From positions 1 to 58,815 of the forward strand of contig OMQO01000001.1 of the NCBI GenBank assembly GCA_900313275.1: a stretch of DNA of 58,815 nucleotides, written 5' to 3'. This stretch comes from an uncultured Bacteroidales bacterium (GTDB taxonomy: Bacteria > Bacteroidota > Bacteroidia > Bacteroidales > UBA932). Below the pieces are notes generated by a model, which saw only the letters and a program-made list of their open reading frames with translations, was not told the origin of the DNA and searched no databases. Numbering within the stretch: position 1 is the stretch's first letter; each line of letters opens with the position of its first letter. Shown one piece after another: positions 44,573 to 52,727 of this stretch. The position numbers and the translations under genes are program-made.

Positions 44573-47048
44573 TTGATGTCAATAACTACTTTCTCGGAGA
44601 CTTTTACCGGTTCAAGGTTAAAGCGGATCATGCCATCTTCGAAGGTCCAGTCCTTCAGCTCTTTACCACCGACCAAAACCGTTGTCGCCTTGCCATCGTT
44701 CTGGACAGCGAAGGAATATTCCCTGGTCTGAGGCATGCCTTCGAACGAGCCTTGCACAGGGTTGACAATGATCTTAGATACACCGTCTTTCTCATGGCAC
44801 TCCACAAGCGTCTTGGCAATGGTGCCCTTCTCATAGCCGTAGGTCTCACCATCGTCGTCCATCATGGTGAACCTCGAGTCTCCGCAAGGATAGACATTCA
44901 AGGTCACTTTCTCAAAGGGACGGGCACCGAGATAGGAAACATCTCCCTGTGAGGGGATTATGGCTCCTTCACGGATGAAGAGCAGCCCCGCTCGATCGGC
45001 GGGATATTCCCGAGTGAAGGTCTCACCCTTGCTGACGATCCGCTCTCCGGTCCATGCGTCTGTCCAAGTGCCCTTCGGCAAGTAGATTTCGTTGGTGAAT
45101 ATTCCCACGCAGTACCAAGGACCGAACATGTATTGGTAGGTCATGTCGTCGCAGGTCCGGTCCTCAGGGAAGGTTAGCGGCATTGACCGGACGATGGGCA
45201 TTCCGTCTTGCGTGGCTTCCAGCGCCATTGAATAGATGTACGGGGCCAGTGAGTAACGAAGCTTGACATAAAAACGGTAGATGTCCTGCTCGGGCTTGTC
45301 GTAGTAGAACGGCTGCATCATTGAGAACCAGCTGTTTATCTGGACCCATGGAAGGAAAAGACCGAAATGAAGAGACGGCATCTCAAGGTCTCTGGGCACG
45401 CTCATCACGTCGCAAGAGGTGTTGAGGAAGCCGCTCATTCCGAGGTTCAGCTGGTCATAGAGGGCCGTTTTCCCTCCGCCGTTGTCTCCGGATGTTGATG
45501 CCGTCTTCGTTTCCGAAGATTGTAGTTCCTTCCGAGCTCGGCCATCTGTTTGGGGAGCAGAACCTGATTGAGGTTGTGCATCACATCGTCGGTCTGTCCG
45601 TTGTAGTACTTCCAGTCTGGGTGATTGTCAATAGTGCGGGCAGGGTCGAGTTTGAAACCCTGGACACCCTGGTCCATGAAATTCTTAAGGTGGTCCATCC
45701 AATGCTCCTGGCCGGAAGTGTCGCGGCCCTCCCGCATGGCCACAAGATCTTCCTCGACCAGGCTGAGGTCATATTCCTCACAAAGCCAGAGTCCGAGGTG
45801 GAATCCCATGGAGCGGAGCTTGCCGATGAAGAGCCTGTGGTGGAGTTGTTTGGGGTACTGATCCTGAACCCAGTAAGGCTCGGGGGAGAAACGGTCGTAA
45901 TTCCAGCGCTTCTTGGTCGTGAAGTCGTAGCGTTTGGCCATCCATTGTGGCTCCAGCCAGAACACGTCGCAAGGCACATCAATCTGACGGAACATCGCGG
46001 CATCGTGGAGGATGTCGAATTGCTCCTCACGCATATTCGGGCCAAAGCAAAGGCCGTAGGCCCACTTGGGAAGCACATAGGTTCGTCCGGTGACGGTGGT
46101 GTAGGCATTAAGAATAGCCGGCATATCCTCTCCAGCCATCAGGAAGAAGTCGGCCTCATCGTAGCAGTTGACTATGTTGAAGGTGTCTTTGTAAACACTT
46201 CCCACATCGAAGAAACTCTTCCGGGTGGTGTTGTCATATATCCCCCAACCTCTGGAGCTCATCATGAAGGGCATAGGAATCTCGGTGTGCTGGTAAGTGA
46301 CCCACATTCTAAGAAGCTCACCTCTATGCTGGATGTGGTCGCGGCTGGTGCTTCCACCACCGTAGAATCGCTCTCCATCCTCCATCTTTATCGAAATGGC
46401 GCAGATATTCATCGCTCCAGGAATCTCCCTCTTATCGACATTGGCGAACTTGCCCTCATCGTCGCCGATGATTCCGCCGTCATTCTTGATGACGTTGAGG
46501 TCTTCCCATTTCTTGTTGATGACTTCCCGAAGGTTGTCGCAGACCTTGTCCTTGTTGTCCAGGAGCCTTATCTCCTTGATAACCGCCTTACCTTTCGCAT
46601 CTTTCAGGGATATGACTCCGGTTTTCTTATTGACTGTCAATGAGTACTTTCCGTTTGTTATTATGGCCTCCGCCCCTTTGATGGTGACATCGGTTTTCAC
46701 CTTTTTCCAGTCGGTCTTGATGCAGCCGTAGCGCTCAAGAAGCGACTCCTCGAACTCTTTCCGCGGGCTGATCCTTACCCGGAATATTCCTTCGTCGCAC
46801 ACGTCCACCAGGACATTGTGCCCATCGCTCAGTTTTGTTGCAATTCCTGCCGGAGCAGCCGTCGAGCTTAGGCCGCACTCAGCCGCAGCGTCGTCCTGAG
46901 CTTGTCGAAGGGCGACGCGAGAATGGACGCGGCCGGGCTCGAGCGGCTGTCCGGCTGACAAAGCAGGCTCGGAGGCTGATCCGGCGTTATCGGCATAACT
47001 GACTAACGAAGTGGCCAGACAGGCCAGTACGATCATGAGTCTTTTCAT
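44569..47048 (-). pseudogene. GH31 glycoside hydrolase split by a frameshift near 45500-45520
   Basis: The N-terminal part (47048-45447) has PMPFMMSSRGWG, LPKWAYG and GFKLDP. The -1 frame resumes ASTSGDNGGGKTALYDQLNLGMSG..LRYSLAPYIYS..GMPIVRSM..QYMFG. Confidence 0.82.
46849..46955 (-). mobile_element. 107-bp palindromic mini-element with a nested TGAGC/GTCGAA hairpin, in frame after the GH31 signal peptide
   Basis: Ends GCCGGAGCAGCCGTCGAGCTTAGGCCGC and GCGGCCGGGCTCGAGCGGCTGTCCGGC pair. Inner hairpin GCGTCGTCC-TGAGC-TT-GTCGAA-GGGCGACGC at 46888-46918. Confidence 0.7.
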
Positions 47049-47076
47049 AATCTGATTATATATTAAAAGAGTATCT

Positions 47077-48537
47077 TTATCTCACATTCCGTTTGACAAC
47101 CTGCTTCTTTCCTTTGGATGCAGGCTCGTCGGTCTTGAGGCCCTTTATCACTAGACCATCGACATCATCCGCCACGACCGCTGGGCGGTAATCCTTCGCT
47201 CCGGCCACGAGACGTACGTTGTCAAGGGTGATACCCTTAGCGTGTCGGATGAACAGTCCCCAGGCCGGAAGTTCCTTAAACTGAGAGAATTCCGGATAAA
47301 CATCAATCATCTCGGGGATACTGTCAAGCTCTTCGGGAGAGGTTCCGCGGTAAGCGTAATTCTTATTTCCGCCTCCAGGATAGATGATTTCCACGTTCTT
47401 AAGTACGACATTCTCAATCGGAATATCAGGAATGCCGACAATCCCGGAAGGAGATATATTCCTAGGCAAATCCTCGATAGGGCCTTCGTAACTGTAGCCG
47501 GCATCGGCTTTTCCGAGAGGCACTTCGACCTTGATGTTGGATAGGGTGATATTTTTGAGATAGCCTTTCTTCCCGTTATTCCAGCGTATTCCGGTTCGGA
47601 GATATATCGCGTTACTTGTGTTGACGGCCTCGAGGTTATCGACAAAGATATTCTCGACTTCGCCGCCATCCACAGACTGAATGGTGATCGCGGAGCGGTG
47701 GGTGTCATAAACTTTATTATTGATTATGCGGATGTTCTTGAAACCACCCCTTGAGACCGTTCCGAATTTGAAACCGCTGGCGCTTGAGCGGGCCACGCAG
47801 TTCCGGACCTCGATGTCCTCGCAAAGATGCTCCGCGGAGTGGGACTTGAAGCAGATGGCGTCGTCGGAAGCATCTATGAATGAGTCCTTTATCAATACGT
47901 GGCGGCAGTCCACGATGTCCAGGCCATCATTGTTCCAATAGTTCTTGCTGTCCAAAAGGATCCCGCTTATCGTGAGGTTCTCACATTGGTCGGTGACGAG
48001 GGTCCATTCAGCCGAGTTCCTCAGGTTCACACCCTCGATCACCACGTTCTCGCATTCACGGAAATAAATGAGTTTCGGCCTTTTAGTGACCCTGTCGTTC
48101 TTTGTCGTGTCCTCAAGGAATCCAAGGTGGACTTGATTCAGGAAGTTGAGGGCGCAGTCAAAACCTCTGCCGTCAATAACACCCTTTCCTTTGACCGAGA
48201 TGTTTTTCTGGCCCTTTGCCAGAAGGAATCCATAGTTGCCCTCGACCATGTCATAGTCATAGGGGTTGGTCGATCCGACCAGAACAGCACCTTCCAGAAG
48301 GCGAAGTTCCACATTGTCTTTCATATGGATGCTGCCCGTAAGGTAGCGGCCGACAGATATTTCTAGAACGCCGCCGCCATTGGAGCTTATATAGTCGATA
48401 CCCGCCTGGATCGACCTTGTGTTGAGGGTGACTCCGTCGGATTTGATCCCGAAGGAGGAGGCTTGATAGATTTTTTCCTGGGCGCTGGCGGAAATAGCGA
48501 TCAGAGCAGTTGTGAGGAAGATCAGGATTCTTTTCAT
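47077..48537 (-). CDS. GH28 family glycoside hydrolase
   Basis: Signal peptide, FGIKSDGVTLNTRSIQ, GVIDGRG, NNDGLDIVDC and DDAICFKS. Confidence 0.88.
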   Translation of the reverse strand: MKRILIFLTTALIAISASAQEKIYQASSFGIKSDGVTLNTRSIQAGIDYISSNGGGVLEISVGRYLTGSIHMKDNVELRLLEGAVLVGSTNPYDYDMVEGNYGFLLAKGQKNISVKGKGVIDGRGFDCALNFLNQVHLGFLEDTTKNDRVTKRPKLIYFRECENVVIEGVNLRNSAEWTLVTDQCENLTISGILLDSKNYWNNDGLDIVDCRHVLIKDSFIDASDDAICFKSHSAEHLCEDIEVRNCVARSSASGFKFGTVSRGGFKNIRIINNKVYDTHRSAITIQSVDGGEVENIFVDNLEAVNTSNAIYLRTGIRWNNGKKGYLKNITLSNIKVEVPLGKADAGYSYEGPIEDLPRNISPSGIVGIPDIPIENVVLKNVEIIYPGGGNKNYAYRGTSPEELDSIPEMIDVYPEFSQFKELPAWGLFIRHAKGITLDNVRLVAGAKDYRPAVVADDVDGLVIKGLKTDEPASKGKKQVVKRNVR

Positions 48538-48555
48538 GGTTTGTATTATTAGTGA

Positions 48556-50007
48556 TTATTTGAAAGTCACGTCTATGCCTGGGTCGTTTTTGGCCACATC
48601 GGCCATTTCGTCCCGGTCGAACCGTACAGGCCCGGAGATGAACTCGGGGACATTATACGACTTCATCAACATCCGGTCATGTCTCATGTCCTTCTGCGGC
48701 ATCAAGAAAGGTTTGGAGGCGTTGCCATTCTCGTCAATATGGGCGATGAACAGGCGGGAATAAAGCCCGTCCAACCTTCTGCTGGCCCAGATGATCCATC
48801 GGCTGTTGCCGCTCCAGGAGTGGTAGCTGTCAGCGTCCGGGCCGTTTACCTCGTCCAGAGTGTGGAAGGTGCCATCTTTAAGGTCAATCATACGTAATTC
48901 GGAATCCTTATGCCAGATGGCGAAGCAGCCATATGCGGTCTCAGCGAACAGCAGGAACCTCCCGTCGGGAGACACCCTTGGGAAAGTGGCGTCCATGCCG
49001 GTTTTGACCGCATTGTAAATCGTGTCCACCTTGTCGCCGAAAGAGAAGGTGTCTGGGTTGAACGGCATTGAACAGACGCTGTACCTGACGTCTTTGTACC
49101 CCTGAGGCATATCGGGTTGCCTTGTTGAACAAAAGTACAGTGTCTTTCCGTCAGGAGAGAAGGATGGGAAAGTCTCCATCCTGGTCGTGTCCATGAGCAT
49201 GGGTGAAGAATACACCTGATGATTGTCGACATCGTAGACCACAACGTCAGACTTGTAGTCATACACTTCAATCCGGTTTGGGTTCGTGGAGTGGAAAAAT
49301 TGTGCTATATCATTGACGGAGAAAGCGATATATTTCCCCGACGGATGCCAATACGGATATACCAGAGCCGAGATCGTCTGAGGAGTCTTCGTGTTAAGCT
49401 TCTCAATGGAGCCGTCCTTCCACACATAAGTCCCCCCGTTGGTGGCCCTCATGTGGAACATCATCGTGCCAGGATCCCGGCCGTTGAAGGAGTGGCAATT
49501 CATGCAGTTGCTACCGGTCTTTTCGTTTGTCATGACCGGAGTCTCCGTGAAATTCTCAAGACAACGCTGGTACAACCCCAATTGGTTCCAGGTCTCATAG
49601 CCAGGATCGATCAGTCGGTAGGCGACGTAAGAGTCGATCTTATCTTCTGACACGAGAATTTGGAACGGCTTTCTGGACACATACTTGCCGCCTTCTTTAA
49701 TTCCCACAGTCACAGATATTTCCGACCCGGCAATAGCGAGTTCTCTCCAATTGTCTTCCGGTATTCTGAACTCGCCTTTCTTGGCTTTAAGGATCAGTTT
49801 CTTTCCGTCGTTTTCGAGGATGGCGACAGCGTTCGCATCTTCTTCAAGCGAGAAGTTCAACGGGGCGATATTCGGGGGGACCGTGACAGCCTTGTAGTCC
49901 GGGAATATCGCCGCTTCCGCCGCATCGGGAGCTGGGCCTTCCACCTTCGGGACACATGAGGCCGCTATCAGGGCCATTATTGAAAACAGCGTCGCGACCT
50001 TTCTCAT
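48556..50007 (-). CDS. PD40/TolB-like beta-propeller lipoprotein with a CxxCH motif
   Basis: Lipobox AASC, IPPNIAPLNF-like segment, CMNCHSF, WHPSG, FSPDG, VSPDG and SYHSWS. Confidence 0.8.
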   Translation of the reverse strand: MRKVATLFSIMALIAASCVPKVEGPAPDAAEAAIFPDYKAVTVPPNIAPLNFSLEEDANAVAILENDGKKLILKAKKGEFRIPEDNWRELAIAGSEISVTVGIKEGGKYVSRKPFQILVSEDKIDSYVAYRLIDPGYETWNQLGLYQRCLENFTETPVMTNEKTGSNCMNCHSFNGRDPGTMMFHMRATNGGTYVWKDGSIEKLNTKTPQTISALVYPYWHPSGKYIAFSVNDIAQFFHSTNPNRIEVYDYKSDVVVYDVDNHQVYSSPMLMDTTRMETFPSFSPDGKTLYFCSTRQPDMPQGYKDVRYSVCSMPFNPDTFSFGDKVDTIYNAVKTGMDATFPRVSPDGRFLLFAETAYGCFAIWHKDSELRMIDLKDGTFHTLDEVNGPDADSYHSWSGNSRWIIWASRRLDGLYSRLFIAHIDENGNASKPFLMPQKDMRHDRMLMKSYNVPEFISGPVRFDRDEMADVAKNDPGIDVTFK

Positions 50008-50927
50008 TGGTTATTCACTCTCATTATATAGTACCAGAAAGTGTTCTTGTACTTGTCTGGAGTCAGTCCATTCTCAAGCCTGGACTTGAAATCATTATAT
50101 TTTTTGAAAATCTCTGAAGAGACCCCCATTGTCTTCCAGTATCCCCGGTCGATCTCTGACAACATGCAGGCGGCCTCGGCAAACGAGAGAGGCAGCTCAG
50201 GAAGGGCTTCTGTCCCGTAGAACTCGTCCAGCATCTCCTTGAATTTGTCCATCTCGCAGTCCAGCAAATAAAGGACTCCGAGGTATTCAACGGCATTGTG
50301 ATACTTGGGATTTGTGCGGATTATATCCTTAAGGTCCTTGTCAATTCCCCGAACCTGCGATATAAAATCGCTTTCAGGCACGCACCTGCGCTTGGGACCA
50401 AGTATGGGATCGGAATCGATCGCGGCATCATCGTTAATAAATCTCCGGTAACTCTGAGCCACTTTTTTCCATCCTCGTTCTTTTTCCAGGACTGCAATGT
50501 ATTTCTGAGCGACGGGATGCGCCCCATAAACAAGGTTGGTCTCAATCAATCTTTTGACCATTTCCGGATTCACATCCCTCTCGTCCAGCACATTGGCCTC
50601 GAAAGCCATCCGCTGGGCGAAGGCCACATGTCCCATCGACCAATAGATATCACTCAAGATTTCTCCTGCCTCCATAGTCAGATTCCAGGGAACAAGTATG
50701 CCATCAGAACCCACTTGTGTGTAATTGAACACCTTGTCGGCCAATTGGCCTGTCTCAGCCAAAGCCAGGTTGAGCCTTGAGAGTTTCAGGCAATCAACCG
50801 TTTGTCCGTCATCGGTATATGATGCGATTATCTCTTCAGGCTGAAAGGATGAAGACACTTCGCGCTCGCAGGCTATAATCAAGCCCAAACAAAAAAAACA
50901 GAGAATTGGAATACAATGTTTTATCAT
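50004..50927 (-). CDS. DUF6057-like protein, short form with a lipoprotein-type N-terminus
   Basis: NLALAETGQLADKVFNYTQ, SDIYWSMG..AQRMAFE, KRLIETNLVYG..VAQKY and NTFWYY. 4-bp overlap with the PD40 gene. Confidence 0.7.
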   Translation of the reverse strand: MIKHCIPILCFFCLGLIIACEREVSSSFQPEEIIASYTDDGQTVDCLKLSRLNLALAETGQLADKVFNYTQVGSDGILVPWNLTMEAGEILSDIYWSMGHVAFAQRMAFEANVLDERDVNPEMVKRLIETNLVYGAHPVAQKYIAVLEKERGWKKVAQSYRRFINDDAAIDSDPILGPKRRCVPESDFISQVRGIDKDLKDIIRTNPKYHNAVEYLGVLYLLDCEMDKFKEMLDEFYGTEALPELPLSFAEAACMLSEIDRGYWKTMGVSSEIFKKYNDFKSRLENGLTPDKYKNTFWYYIMRVNNQ

Positions 50928-50954
50928 GAAAGCGCGAAACGAACCAATTTGTGA

Positions 50955-50962
50955 CAAATATA
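50955..50962 (-). promoter_or_regulatory. TATATTTG -7 box for the DUF6057-to-GH cluster
   Basis: Directly after the terminator tail, about 28 nt before the ATG at 50927. Confidence 0.5.
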
Positions 50963-50963
50963 C

Positions 50964-51005
50964 AAAAAAGAGGGACGGATTCCTCAAGGATCCGCCCCCC
51001 TTTTT
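50964..51005 (-). terminator. Rho-independent terminator after susD
   Basis: GC-rich stem whose two A-C mismatches become G-U pairs on the minus strand, followed by U6. Confidence 0.75.
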
Positions 51006-51020
51006 AAAAGAATGGGAATA

Positions 51021-52709
51021 CTAATTCCAGTAAGGGTTTCCGATAGTCTCTTCCTCAGGAACTTCCCAGATGAGAGTCGGAGTCACACCCTTCGCCCAAT
51101 GGTTGGCACCCTTGCGGTAGTTGGCGATGTCGCCCCAGCGCTTAGCATTGAGGAAGCTCCAGTTGCTTTCGCCCCAGAACTCGATTCTCCACTGAAGTTT
51201 CACATCATCAAGGCTTCCGTTGCTTGTCATCGGAGTTGATCCTTTCTTTGTACGAGCCGCAAGCAGCTTGTCAAGAGCGGCCTTGGCACCAGAAGTGTTA
51301 CCCTGCTGGGCATAAGCCTCCGCAAGCATCAGATAAGCGGCGGAAGAACGGTAGTACGGGAAGTCGGTGAGCCATGTTGAGTTATCATGGATGGTCTTTC
51401 CGTCCCTTGATTCTGTGGCGGCGTATTTCAGGTTGGTGTATTTAGGCACCACGATGCCCGCGAAGAAGGTGGTATCAGAACCGACCGTGTTGACGGTATA
51501 GAAAGGATAAGCCACATCAGCGCTGGCGATACGATCCTTACGGAAATCGGCGTCAGGAATCTTGTTGTAGAGATCAGCGTCAATCTGCCAAGCGGACTGC
51601 ATATTGCCGTTCAGCAACGGGTTCTGCAGGACGAAAGGAATAGCGCTCTTCCTGGTAACGTTAGCTCCGACAGACTCAGAAGCCTCCCAACCTAAGATAA
51701 CCTCGGGGTTGACTTTGAAGTTGAAGAAAGCGTTCTTATCTGAGTTGAAGCCATCCAGGAACCCATGGTCGGCAGTGATCTGAGCCACGCTTTCGAGAGT
51801 CTCATTTGACATACCCCAGTTTTCTTCGGAAATGAAGTTAGGATAGTGGGAAACGATGTCGTTCGCTGCGGCAGCGGCGATATCCCACCTGTGGCAATCA
51901 AGGGCGGCGCGGGCAAGGAGGTACTGCGCGACACCAAGGTCAATGTCATAGAGTGTGGATTCCGTGTTACCGAGCGTGTAACCGATGGACTCGTTGAAAT
52001 ACTTGACAGCAGTCTGAAGATCAGCTATGATCCTATCCCATGTCTCCTTGACACTCAGTGGAGCGACCGGAGTATTGTAGGCATAGTTCTCATAAATCGG
52101 CCATCCCTTGGCTGTCTCGGAATCAGGAGCGGAAAGATCGGTGTAGATTTCCATGAGCTCCATATAACCGAGGGCATAGACCACAAGGCAACGGGCGCGG
52201 TAGTCCTTCAACATGGCCTGGGTGGCGCCTGAGGACTTCGCGATCGTCTCCTCGGAGATGTTCTGCATAACCTTGATGGCGTTGGAGATCTTGACACAAG
52301 CTGAGATGTAGTTGGCATAATTTGCGACCACATCGGCATTGTAACGATAATAAGGGAAGTCGCTTGCGACAGAATACCAGTTGGAGAAAACACCAGCGTG
52401 ACCGGCGTCAGGACCGGATACAATGTCACCAATGAGCATGTCATGAGCGAGCTGATGGGTCGCGTCAGCCGACCAGCGGTTTCCATAACCCTTGGTCAGT
52501 TTGGTGTCGTAAATCATCATCTGCACAGGCATGGTGTTGGCCATACCCTCGAGAGCCAGTTTGATCTTCGACTCGTCACCACTCAAGAAGATATTCTCAT
52601 TGATATCCTTGACAGTGAACTTGTTCGGGTTGGTGACGTCAAGACGATCACCGCAGGAAACCAGAAGACCAAGAGCGACAGCAATAGAAATTATTTTATG
52701 TGTTTTCAT
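51021..52709 (-). CDS. SusD/RagB lipoprotein
   Basis: Lipobox LVSC, YRSSAAYLMLAEAYA, QWRIEFWGE, KRW and EETIGNP. Confidence 0.9.
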   Translation of the reverse strand: MKTHKIISIAVALGLLVSCGDRLDVTNPNKFTVKDINENIFLSGDESKIKLALEGMANTMPVQMMIYDTKLTKGYGNRWSADATHQLAHDMLIGDIVSGPDAGHAGVFSNWYSVASDFPYYRYNADVVANYANYISACVKISNAIKVMQNISEETIAKSSGATQAMLKDYRARCLVVYALGYMELMEIYTDLSAPDSETAKGWPIYENYAYNTPVAPLSVKETWDRIIADLQTAVKYFNESIGYTLGNTESTLYDIDLGVAQYLLARAALDCHRWDIAAAAANDIVSHYPNFISEENWGMSNETLESVAQITADHGFLDGFNSDKNAFFNFKVNPEVILGWEASESVGANVTRKSAIPFVLQNPLLNGNMQSAWQIDADLYNKIPDADFRKDRIASADVAYPFYTVNTVGSDTTFFAGIVVPKYTNLKYAATESRDGKTIHDNSTWLTDFPYYRSSAAYLMLAEAYAQQGNTSGAKAALDKLLAARTKKGSTPMTSNGSLDDVKLQWRIEFWGESNWSFLNAKRWGDIANYRKGANHWAKGVTPTLIWEVPEEETIGNPYWN

Positions 52710-52727
52710 ATTTCTGTGTCTTATTAA

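Noticed and set aside
45500-45560. Programmed -1 frameshift in GH31
   Set aside because: No in-frame X XXY YYZ slippery heptamer, and the junction peptide does not look like GH31 in either frame.
46888-46918. Hammerhead ribozyme suggested by CTGA...GAA
   Set aside because: It lacks the CUGANGA and GAAA core and the three-stem junction.
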